Shown in pieces: positions 1-11,924 of a stretch of DNA of 64,000 nt. The number at the start of each line of letters is the position of its first letter. The first letter of the stretch is position 1. This DNA is from Antedon mediterranea (Eukaryota; Animalia; Echinodermata), in NCBI RefSeq assembly GCF_964355755.1, contig NC_092677.1, forward strand, positions 3,556,101 to 3,620,100, written 5' to 3'. The position numbers and the translations under genes were made by a program. The notes under the pieces were generated by a model. The model was not told the DNA's origin. It searched no databases and saw only the letters and a program-made list of their open reading frames with translations.

Positions 1-579
1 ACGTAAATTATTAATGCAATACTGTATAAAGATTCGATAGGAGAGTTCTCAAGAAACGTCGGGTCAAGAGATATAAATAAACAAATAAATAGTACGTAAA
101 TGAGACATAAAGGTTCAATAGTATGTAGATTATGATGCGTAAATTATTAATGATTCGATAGTAGGCCTATATGTAAATATATTTAGTTAGTTAATATTAA
201 AATACAAAAAAAATATACATTGATTTATCGGCAGGCAAACTAAATTATTATAGAAATATAAAGATTCGATAGTACATGATCTGGCTTATATTTATTGGTT
301 TGACCATACATACAGCTGTAACTCAACTCGTCATAGGCCATGGCGTTGACAACCGACAATCAAAGATTGTGGCGTTCAATACAAATGACGATATTAAACT
401 GGCGGCCGCTTTAGTTTGGCGGCCGCTTCGACAATACTCCGTTTGTGCCTGCCTAACTAATACTCTAGGCTTTAGCTAGTTATAATAGTATGCAGTAGGC
501 CTAGAGTAGTAGAAAGGGGCCAAATCTGAGTGGGAGAGTAGGGCCTACTCAACTCTGAGTCTAGCCAGTGTCTCTCTGT

Positions 580-720
580 ACTTACCGGTTTGTCATTTTA
601 TCCTGTTGTACTTTCCCTCCAAGGATTTCTTTTTTACAGGCGTAAACAAGTTCTAAGACGTCTTTAGTCGCATATCAGTACAAGTTTAGTATTTCAAGAT
701 GTCGTATAAGATTTCTTCTT
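580..720 (-). other. Possible first exon (5'UTR plus ATG ACA AAC CG) of a minus-strand gene running off the left edge
   Basis: Minus strand reads AAA-ATG(596)-ACA-AAC-CG|GTAAGT, a consensus donor at 585-580, followed by TAGGCCTA-rich sequence like that upstream of the EBAG9 coding exons. No downstream exon is visible in the window. Confidence 0.3.
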
Positions 721-1508
721 CAATATTAAGGCTTGTCTCAGTAATTTCAAATCGATCATTCTATATAGATAAATGCATTAGCTGTCAAAAGTGAATTGAT
801 GGGTATTGAAACATTTCAACATATTAAAGATTATAATAATATCAACTATGATTTTGACAGTTATTATCATATAGCATGATACAAGTCATAGTTTAGTACT
901 TTAAAGGAAATGAACTAAAGTGAGGTTGATGAGAATGTCTTGATGTTTCGGTTTTTTTATACTATTCTAAATGATTTAATCACTGAATCTTGTGTCATTG
1001 GTATATAAATCTCTAGAAAATACCTCATGATTGTATTGGCTGTTCACTTTGTTGCATTGTGAATTTGACATCCCTCCAAGTATTAACATTAGAAACATTG
1101 TTAAAAATAATGATTTTAGAATTATTTCCATTTTCCTATCATGATGTTATGGACAGTTCCTGCAGCATCCATGTTTTTAAGAGGTATAGGATGTACAAGG
1201 GTGCTAGAGTGTGTCAAACAACAATGCTGTCCCATACTTAGATGTGGTCTCCCTAAGGTGTCAATCTGCAGCTTGGACCAGTTGGTTCTGATTGGCTTTG
1301 CAGGTGTTGGACCCTTCTAGGCAAATATCAAATCAAGCAATTTTCAAGTCAATCATGTGACTTACGTTGCGTTACGTTCTTGCATTGCGTCGATAGTGGG
1401 AACCAAGAAGGCCGGTGATTTCATCAATCACAAGTGGATTTTTAAACTGTCGCTTGTCGTTAGTCAACTCGCTTTCGTTGCATTTACGTCCTTCCGTTGC
1501 GTCTCTAA

Positions 1509-1615
1509 AGCTCTGTCTACACTACCAAAAAAGTGTGATACGACATCATCATGTATATATTTGGGCACACCACATTTTTGTTTGTCACATAAAGTTTGAT
1601 AGTGTAGACAGAGCT
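1509..1615. mobile_element. Tourist/Harbinger-like MITE (AGCTCTGTCTACACTA TIR family)
   Basis: TIRs AGCTCTGTCTACACTA...TAGTGTAGACAGAGCT. Related copies at about 6102-6256 and 16287-16446. Confidence 0.7.
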
Positions 1616-2843
1616 TGAGTGGGAACCACGCTTTAAGACGAGATGAACGATGACAATTAGTTTTAGTTTTACTGTTATTCTAGGATTTCTGAAACGGGCG
1701 ACGGATTTAGATGAAGAACCTAGGCCCTAGGTTTAGAGGCCTCTGCACATGCGTAGCAATAATGTTACCAATTTTAAAATGTATGTGTTATTACTACCTT
1801 TATTATTGATAAGATGTCAAGAATAAATATAACGATTTATAATTTCATGGTGGCAGGCAAACATGGGGCGCGAGACTCTAGCGATCCCCTCGAACCCTAT
1901 TTAATATACATGTAGTTTGTACTAAATCCTTTTAACACCTTTTTTTTACACTGGTCAACATCTCTAATGTAATTCCTATCATTAAGTGTAAATGTTTACT
2001 TACCATATATAGACATGCGAGTCATAATATTATATATCGCATTTAATCGAAGGTTGATTAAAAAAATAAAAACATTTTTCCTATTTAAATAAACAGTAGG
2101 CCTGTGTATGAAAAGTAAATCAACCTATAAAGTACTAATAAAAAAAAATATAATAATTAATAATTCGTAAGTATTTACATTATGATGTATATTCCTTTTC
2201 CAACCTTAACAAATATTTTACGAGCCCTATAAAGTGTCGTTTCCGGATTTGAACCCCGACTTCATCTATAAGGTGGGCGCCTTAACTATTAGACCACTAG
2301 ACATTCTAAAAGTGTCTACTTATTGTTTCTCGTACTTACCACCATCGTTTTTTTTTCGATATATGTATGACACGCCAAAATGAATGAATAATTATTCATA
2401 TTTTGTTCGTCTTAATTATAAAAAGTTATATAATAACGTTATTAGCTATAGTATTGTGTACATAGACCATTTATATTATTTTGTTTCTAAATAAATACAG
2501 TATTGTAAAAAAAAGGTATTTTTTCCATAATTTTGTAAATTAAATAAAACTACTTTATACCGCGGTTAATCTAAAAATACCCCTATTGCAGTGGTATGTT
2601 CCAAATAATGCCTGGTAGAATAATTCCAGTTGGTGCGTCGATCGCCCATATGGAAGTGTTATTACAGTCGTGTGGTTGGTAGAAGACTGACAACATTAAT
2701 AATTAACGCTAAATAAAAAATGTAATTTTGCTTATGTAGGCCTATCCTGAAGAGAGCGATTTACTAATTCTATTAATTAAAGAAGAGTGGTATTGAAGGA
2801 GTTTCGAAACAGAGTTGAATTAACAACGAATACATAAGGCAGC

Positions 2844-5800
2844 ATGTTTGGAAAATCTTTATTGTTTACTTGTTTGTTTATATATATTTATACATATTCT
2901 TTATGTGTTGATGCTGAACGTTTTATTAACGAAGTAGTTCTGGACGAGAAATATGATTTTATTCTGAAATGGAAACTTGATGAACAAAATATAATCTTCG
3001 AAATGAGTGCTGTTACGTCAGGGTACGTCGCTATTGGCTTTTCTCCTAATGGTGGAATGCCAGGATCGGATATCGTTGTCGGATGGGTGAAAAACGGAAA
3101 AGCATTCATATCCGTAAGTTGTATTTGTGAATAACCTAACTCGTCTTGGACGATTTCTAGTCTAGTTGTTTACAGTATGAATGAATTCGCTGCTTGAATA
3201 TCATTTATTTTCAAATATATAAAAATATTTAAAACTTGTTGTTTGTATACATAAATATAAAAAAAGCATAAAAACAATTTAAAAAAACACGATAATGAAA
3301 GTATATAGACAAAGGAAAACATCCTATAATAACAAATTGTCATGAGGCCTACAATAATGAAACACAGTCTATCATTTTCTACTAATCTTATAGATGTATT
3401 TTCAACGGAGTAAATTAACATATTTTCCTAAACTATTATATATATCTAACTATTCGTAATGTATTATGTAGGATCGGCATGCAACCGCCTATGCCAAACC
3501 AGAGGCGGATACATCTCAGGATTACACTCTTCTGTATGGACGTGAAGAAGGTGGTCGAACGACAATTGGATTTAGCCGAGCATTGAAGACGTGCGATGAC
3601 AAGGATAACGTTCTAAATGTAAGAATGCTTAGTATTTAAGCTTGGTTCCCACTAAGACGCAACGCAATGACGTAACGCAACGTAAGGGATTTGACCAATC
3701 ACAAGCGATGGACTTATTCGACTGTCGCTTGTCATTGGTCAACACGCTTGCGTTGTGTTTACGTCCTTGCGTTGCGTTATAATGGGAACCAAGCTAAAGT
3801 ATGTCAGTGGTATGTGATTATATATCGTGGATCTTTAACATGAGTTGGCACATAGGTTAATAAAACACATATTCACACCGAGTCTCTTGCGCATGCGTAA
3901 ACGAATTATTTACAAATCTTCGTATTAATCAAACGCGAGCCTCTCGGAAGTTCTAGGTTCGTGAAGAGGATGATACAGTGTTGGTTCATGGGTGTACTTG
4001 GAAGTGCTACGAGGACATTTAGATTAATACAAATAATTCCACTTCTTAATTTAATCCCGCAACACACCTTTCTAACCATATTAGGATTAAAATATACTGC
4101 GTCGATTTAGTTATTTATTTATTTATTTATTTATTCACCTCTACAGACAGGCCTACTCTTCATTTTATATTTTGTTTTCATTTTCACACATTAATAATAA
4201 ATATTATCATCATTGACTTTTTTCATTATTTTTTTTGTAATAATTTTCTAATATCTTTTCTTTCATTGTTACAGTAAATTATTTTCAACTTTTGTAAATA
4301 AAAAATGTTCATATTTTTTCACATATTCCCTAATTTTGTGTTATCATATTCTTTTAAATGTGTCTATATTATTTGTACTTCGAAGGCAATGCAAATAATA
4401 TGTACCTATTTAGGCCTCGTGGCCCATAAGGCTGTAGCAGCAACTTCTAGTTGGTTCTTTAAACGGCGATTTGTTTTGCTTCGTTCCATGTTTTCCATCC
4501 AAGTTATTAATTCTCTCTCTTTTTTCAAATGATCTCCGCCATGTTTTTTTGGGCCGTCCGACTCTCAACCTGCCTTCTGGTTTCCATGACATATCTGTCA
4601 TACACTGACATTGTTTTCCATTCTCATCACATGGTCGATCTATTTCCATCTTTTGATCTTGGTCTTCTTGCCTATTGTTTTTTTTATTATTTTGTATCAT
4701 TACAGGATGACACTATGAGAATCATCTGGGCTGTGAACAACCTTGATCCGGAGGATTACGATGATCTTTCGTACCATGGCTCGTCCAGAGGAGTACGCTC
4801 CGTTTTACTTACTGCTGCTATAGAAAATCGAGTCGAATTACCACATGATGCTGAGTATTTTGAAATGTTCATGCCAAATGTAAATAACTTGATTTCTATC
4901 AATAATCTTCTGACAAGTACAAAACAACGAAAATCAGCTAAATTAATTTGTACTTTATTTACATAAATACATAACTGGCTTGTTAAATGTAATGTGAATG
5001 TAACTAGTGCCATCACATATACACGGATGGGAAAGACGACTAATAGTGATAAGATTTATTTATCAAAAGAAATCCAAACTTTCAGATTTTACTCTAAGTA
5101 TTTCTTTATACTGGGTAGCTTTTTCAGTCAAAGAAAGTTCTCCGCCGAGGTCCCAGTTATGATGAGTGAATGTCATTGAGAGGTATAACATACCTCAATG
5201 GTTTAATTTTTCAGGTGACGGTATCGAGTGATCGTGACACAACCTACTGGTGTGCGTCATTTGCAGTTCCAATATTTGAAAGGCCAGTTCACATTGTGCT
5301 TGTAAGTATTGTGGTTTCTGGTAGCAAGGTAAATCACAGTAGGCATTCAGACACAGGGCAACGATGCTTATCAGGACGGTTTTTGATAGCATAAAAAAAA
5401 AACGTTCTGAATGGATAGAACGCTGAATTACTTCAGCGTCTTATGCTAAATGATTAGGCCTACTTGACCGTTTTCCACTAACATTTTGGTTCTAAAACAT
5501 TGATTGCACAGACATACATTTTTCAAGAGTTTGTTTGTAAGCTAAAGCACTGCAACTCCATCGGTGTGACCAATGGGCCTAGGTAGTATGAAGTTTGATA
5601 CCAGCTGTAAGTCAGATTATTAATATTAATTTGGAGATTTGCCAAAGCATGTTTTTTTGCATTCATAAATATACCGCTAATCATGTTTGCCATTATAGGA
5701 AATGCGGAGACTACGACCCTTCACTCCTATAATTAAATTTAACATAGGCCTAATTTGGTATCAAACACATGTAATATGATTTCTGTTTGATTTGATAGGC

Positions 5801-8800
5801 GGAGACAATTGTCCAAAAAGGACACGAGTATCTGGTGCATCATCTGATAATGTACGGTTGCAAAGGTACGAACACAAGCTGGTCAAGTAGATGTAATAGT
5901 GAACGTATGCCGCCTGATTTACAGGCGTGTGATCGTATGATGTATGGATGGGCAATTGGTGGTGGTGTGAGTATATTACAGATAAACTGAAAGAAACAAA
6001 CAATAATGTCCATTTTGTATAGCACATTTCAACAATAATTCATGCTCATGGCGCCGTGTACTTCAATGCTTTTAAACTACATGTATGCTTCAACTCCCTA
6101 AAGCTGGGTTTACACTATCAAACTGTATGTGACAAAAATGTGATGTGCCCATAATATGGACATGTTGATGTCATATCACTACCTTATTTGGGCATATCAC
6201 TACCTTGGGCACATACAATTTTTTTGTTAAACTAGTTTAATAGTGTAGACAGAGCTTTAGGGTCTGACATAAATCAGTGGCCGTGTGAACTTCGTGCTAC
6301 CAGCCTACTCGTCTAAACAGATGCACACAATGTATTTTTTGTACACTGGACTGGACTGTGTTACATAAGAAAGTGACCCGGCTGAAATATTTCATATTAT
6401 ATAATTATTAATTCATGTTCCACGTACTATAGCCTCTTGTCCTTCCGGAGCATGTTGGTATTTCTCTTGGCAGAAAAAGTGATCCCACTGTTATTTTCAT
6501 AGAGATGCATTATGACAATCCTGCACTATCACCAGGTAAGTCGATTTTATTTCAGAAACTGTATAAAACTTTAAAAATGAAAAATAGTATTCATTACAAT
6601 ACCTTTAAAAATTTGTTTGCAAACTACAATTTTGCCACTTTTTGGAGAAGGTTGTACAGCCATAGACTGGGTTCCCTACATTCAGTCACAACCTTCTCCA
6701 AGCAATGGTGGCAAACCCGGTGGCGTAACGGCTATATGAGTGCTCACTAGCTAAACCCAGGGGCCCCGGAGCTTATGGGCTCCTGAGCAGTGTCCAGAGG
6801 AAAAAGCAGGCATTAAAATATGTCGGAAAAGGATAAAAGCTTTTTGGAGGGAGGGCCACTTATACAGTAGTTCCAAAACCAGGGGCTTCAGGTGTTATGC
6901 CACTGGGCAAACCCAGAGTTCGAAAGTGTAGAATAACGCTTAAATTGCAAACATTTCAACATCGTTGATTGTATCTTTAGATTTCCACGACAATTCTGGT
7001 GTCAGGCTTTACTACACACCCACACTCCGTCAATACGAGGCAGATGTGTGGGCACTTGGAGAGAACGTTACTCCCCTGCAAAGCATTCCACCGAATGAAA
7101 CGTCATTCAAGACATTTGGAGTTTGTTTTAGTAATTGTACAAAGAAAGTAAGACCTGTTATTAGTTAAATTGCAAATAGGTCCAATGACGCGCATTAAGT
7201 CATTCTAGTAATTAATCATGCATAACGGAGTGTAACTAGCGCCATCACAGAGGCGTATACGGAATGCTTCAAAAGAGTTGGCCTTATTACTAAACTTCTT
7301 CACTCTTATACAATTAAGAAAGAATTTAAGTAATTTACCAATAGTTTTTGCTATAGGCCTGCATTGTCTGTTTCCAATAAAGACTATTACAATCTGGCTA
7401 CCACAATATTTTTTTTTTATAATTTAAAGGTCTTGCAGGAGGACATTAAATTAATGTTGGTAATGCTTCACAGTCATATTGCAGGTATGTTTTCCTATCC
7501 CATTTGGTACACTGTAATGGTGATCTCTTTCCTGCAGTAAAAGGAAAAATGTAGGCAAAGTAGGCCTAACGTAAAACCTGCTTTGTGTTTTTAAATCCAA
7601 GTATATTACAGTATTTTAAATAATGAGCTTTCGGGACCGAAGGAGATGGTGATTAACGCTACTTCAATCGGAACAAAAGACGGCGCCGTTCAACTCCTTT
7701 ATTTAACTCAATTTTCTATTATTTCACATAGCGCTGTGTCTTTCGTTCCGTGAAACAGAACATGCAGATTGTAAATGTGGTGAATATTACGCTGCGCATG
7801 CGTATAATCCAAGTGTACTTTTTTATTTTGCGTTTTTAGCTTGGCAAATCAGTCTTCAACAATATTATAGTACTTTTGGTAGATTTAACGTTCGTCCTTA
7901 CCGACCCGAAAATGATCATCTGATTCAGCTTAACAAATCAAAACCAGAACTAAACTTGTTTGTTTTGTTTGCGTTCTTAGCCCGGAAAATCAGTCTTCAG
8001 CAGTATCGAAATGGAAAGTTGATCGCTGATTTGGCAATAGACGACAACTATGACTTCAACCTTCAGGAGAACAGATACTTAAAACCTGAGAAGATTATTA
8101 AAGCCGTAAGGATTTCTAGTTAGAGCTTGATTCCCACTATAGAGACGCAATAGATGGAGAAGGGCATTTGCATAGATTGCGTCGCTAGTGGGAACTATAA
8201 AGGGGGGAACCACGCATAAACGATAGATGTTTCAGGCGGATCCGTAGTATAATCCGGATGGAATTAAAATCATCCACAGCCGTTTTTACCATTTTAGTCT
8301 ACACTATAGGTTCATACAGGAAACAAACTTAGAATTCCAAAAAATAATCTTCATATGCTATCGACCGTACATTTTTACGAAGCGCAAATAGTAGACTACG
8401 TGGCCCTTTTCAAAAAACATCCTGAAAACGACGCTATGTAGAAGTTGACTTGAGGTGCGTAGTAGAAATGCGCGTCGTGAAAACTTAATTAAGGCAAATT
8501 TACACAAACGAGCGGTAGCAGGATGTGCAACCCTGCTATGTAATGTATAGTTGCCGGCGGTAGGTAGCTCATCTTTGTGTATTTGGCAATTCGGGCTATA
8601 GTTGCAGTGTCTCGCGTTATATATAGTAATAAAATTAGGCCTATAGTGTATAAAAATGTGTATATCGAAATAATTTTTTTTATGGCCTATTTCTTTTTTC
8701 TTTTTTTTATATAGGGTGATGACTTAGTTGTGACGTGTACGTACAACACAGTGGGTAGAACTTATATTACAACAGTAAGCCGCCTAAGATGCTTATAGTT

Positions 8801-10117
8801 TAGACGATAACGAAACGATATATTACACACATAAACAATTTTCCTACACCAAACAAAAGAAACTAGAACATCTCTCTAATATTATTTCCCAAGTTTAATA
8901 AAAAATGACGTCATGATCAATAAGAAAAATAAATCGTATGCATTTTAGCGTGCCTTTAATTAATAAAATATTGTTTTCATCTAACTCAGAATCGTGTTTT
9001 CTGTTTATAGGGTGGTCAAAGTACAAAAAATGAGATGTGTTTAGCGTATCTCCTTTATTATCCAAGGCAAACTCTTGCTGGTTCCTGCCTTTCAAATCCA
9101 TCCTTACAGGCCTACTTTGAAGCATTCAACATACCAGCTGGGTAGGTAAAGAAATAGATTATTGGCTTAGAATTGGTCCCAACAATAAGTTATCTTATAA
9201 TGTAAGGGCGTGTGGCGCAATGTGTTGGACGTTCGACTACTACTGATCGTGAGATCGAGGTTCGAATCCAACTCTCGCTTAGAGATTTCACAACATTGGG
9301 CGCTATATAAATCCAGGATATTACTATTATTATTATTATTATTATAATTATTATTATCTACATCAATTAATAAAAGAACCTTGATTGATTTGCATCTCTG
9401 AATAGATCATGTGAAGCTGAAGCTTGCCTTGACACGCTAGCTTCTTCCGTCGACCCAGAGACGTTGAGGCAAGGCTTGTATGACGTTTCATACAAAGGAA
9501 AACGGCTTGATATTTGCGTAGATACGGACTTTGAACAAGTAGACGTAAGTAGGCATAAATAAATCAAACCAAAGCTAATTCATTTTTATTTACTTTCTCA
9601 ATAATTATAGTCAACATAACAGTTACCTATGCCTTCCTACCTACCTACTTACCAACAACCTACCAACCTACCTCCTACCTACCTATCCTCTTATGACCCT
9701 TTCGCACAAGGCCGATTAACAGTTAAATGTAACCAAATTAAGAGGGACAACAATCTTAGAGCTTGAGAAGAATTGATCCGATACATTTAATCTGAAAAAA
9801 ATGGGACAATATATATTATACAAATAAGAACAAATGCGTTGTGTGCGACGGTAAAACCGTATCGAAAATACACACACAAACAACGATAAAATTAATATTC
9901 ATATTTAGATATTTATTTTAATACTCTTTTCTTTCTTCAGGGTGTTCCGTATCCCGAGGAATTCCCCGTGTGGTTCAGTGAGAACGACCGGATGGAAGAT
10001 ACCAACGATGTATGCAGTGAGCCAAACAACTCGCCGAGCAGTAGCGTGACATTGAGGGCAGCATCATCTACCATAGCAGCGTTGATACTCATAGTGTCAT
10101 GGTCGCTAACACTCTAG
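2844..10117 (+). CDS. MOXD1: DBH-like monooxygenase protein 1 (copper type II ascorbate-dependent monooxygenase with DOMON domain), 13 exons, about 600 aa
   Basis: Exons 2844-3113, 3472-3618, 4706-4879, 5215-5301, 5799-5966, 6433-6535, 6981-7147, 7430-7484, 7981-8105, 8715-8774, 9011-9141, 9406-9544, 9941-10117 are all GT-AG and phase-compatible (1803 nt). The protein has a signal peptide, DOMON motif GYVAIGFSPNGGMPGSDIVVGW, TTYWC, CuH ligands (LVHHL, EMHYDNP), CuM ligands (LHSH, NEMC), YDFNLQ and a hydrophobic C-terminal tail. Confidence 0.93.
3639..3795. mobile_element. Harbinger/Tourist-like MITE (AGCTTGGTTCCCA TIR family)
   Basis: TIRs AGCTTGGTTCCCA...TGGGAACCAAGCT. Related pieces near 1355-1410, 8144-8215 and 17400-17535. 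Confidence 0.7.
4410..4665 (-). mobile_element. 3' fragment of an RTE-clade LINE
   Basis: Minus-strand translation contains MSWKPEGRLRVGRPKKTWRRS, typical of RTE ORF C-termini. The sequence is frameshifted. Confidence 0.65.
6718..6905. mobile_element. Non-autonomous hAT-like MITE
   Basis: Ends CGGTGGCGTAAC...GTTATGCCACTG with 8-bp TSD GGCAAACC (6710-6717 and 6906-6913). Confidence 0.75.
9206..9355 (+). mobile_element. tRNA-derived SINE, internally deleted
   Basis: A-box-like TGGCGCAATG, B-box GGTTCGAATCC, and a 3' GCGCTATATAAAT plus (TAT)n tail like the L2-type end at about 26815. Confidence 0.6.
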
Positions 10118-10219
10118 GCCTGAATATTTTACTATGCATCTTTTCTATATGAAATTATATTTTTGTGAAATTAAATACAATATTTTGTGTTATTCTCATA
10201 GCAATACAATCTCAAACAT

Positions 10220-10400
10220 ATTTTATGAAAAATAATAGTATTCATACCCATAAAACTAGATCCTCTTGTAACCTCCACCCTCCCCTTACCAAATTAACAT
10301 TAATGCAACATAATATCCGTTATAGTGGCACCAAATTATTCAATTAAATTAAAATGGCACCTTAAAAAAAAAATTATTTTCTTTTAAACTTAAACAAATT
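10220..10400 (+). mobile_element. Degraded CR1-group LINE 3' fragment in the MOXD1 3' region
   Basis: Translation IHTHKTRSSCNLH...HNIRYSGTKLFN resembles CR1-group ORF2 C-termini. Confidence 0.4.
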
Positions 10401-11924
10401 CTACTCCATAAATAACTTATAATAATAAATAATATAAGAACATATTTATTCTGTTTTTCTGTGCTTTCATAGTATTTTATTATTATTACCTTGTCGTTGT
10501 TTTTCTTTACTTGTTTGTTTGTCTTGTTTGCTTGTTCAAACTTCAATAATATGATTACAACTTCTTAACTGGCTACCCGTCACAAGTTTGTTTGGAGGGA
10601 GACCTCCAAATGTTATTACTTTCTGGGTTTTGCCTCTTAATTATTTATATTTAAATTGTTATTTCAATTACTTTGATAGATAAAGAAATAAATGTTGTTA
10701 TGAATGAATGAAAAAAAAGTATGTACATTTGTAAAAACTCCTGTATTTTGTCTCCCGGTCCGCGGATTTCTTAAAAAAAGTTGTCGAGTTCGAAACGTAT
10801 CGAAATTTTTTTTTTTCATTTTAATTTTTTACTGATTGAGAGATATTTATATTTAGTGGTTAGGTTTATTATTTAGAATGAAAAATGTTTTTGAAAATTT
10901 GCTTCTTCGTCTCAACAAACGATTACTACTAAAGTATGCGTACTCAACCAATCAATACGGCAAAACGTAAACATTGTGTCAATTTGTTTCTGGAAGGCGT
11001 CTATTGCGTTCCATACACATTTTAAAGATCGTGTCACATAAAATTCGCTCGACTACTACTATCCGCTCGACTCATCATTGCTTTCCGAACCGTACCGCCC
11101 GCCGAACGAAGGCTTCTAGACATGCACCACATGAGAGCAGCAGTCCCAATTCAGGCCTAGCTTTCCTACTAGAGTAGCAATTTATATTGTGTTTTAGGTA
11201 TACTTAAAATTGTTTACTTACGACGAATAACCAGGTCACTTGGATTTTACTCTCTGGCAGTTCTAGCCAGCCAGGCAAGTAGTAGCAGGCCTAGGCCCTC
11301 TCTAATATTTAAGTAAGTATAGGCCTACTATCATTATTACACCAACAGCAACAGTTATTATATTTTGAATCAATCTAGCCTAGCTAGTAGTAGGGCTAGG
11401 CCATATAGTACACTAGCCTATTTAGGCTACACTTGTCACTAGTCTAGGTAGGAGCCTAGGCCTTGTGCAGCATGCTAGGCCCGAGTAGAAGTACTCACTA
11501 GTTAGTAGTAGGCCTCTCTCTAGAATAGGCCTGTCTCTTTCTCCACTGTGGCTGCTGTAGTTCAATAGAATAGTTTGTGGTAGGAATGATACATCCATGA
11601 TGATGCACATGGAAGTAGCCGGCACATCCATCATGATACATTACTACCTAGTAACCTACTACTAATAACTACTACTACGGTCTAGCTAGATAGGCTAAAA
11701 GACTATTATTTTATTATCATCTTACAATACAAATACAAGAATATGTTATCTTTTAATTTTATATTATTATATACTATATAGGCTAGGCCTAATATTTATG
11801 CATATGTAACGTACTGTAATTCTGTATTTTAAACAAAATAAATTAGCCTAATTCATAATTGTAACATATTGTTTTTATGCTAATAAATTTAATATCATAT
11901 TAACAGGTTCAAGCAGCTTCCAAG

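Noticed and set aside
9206-9280. tRNA gene (also 54166-54230)
   Set aside because: A and B boxes are present but I could not fold a full cloverleaf, and the context indicates SINE or TE origin.
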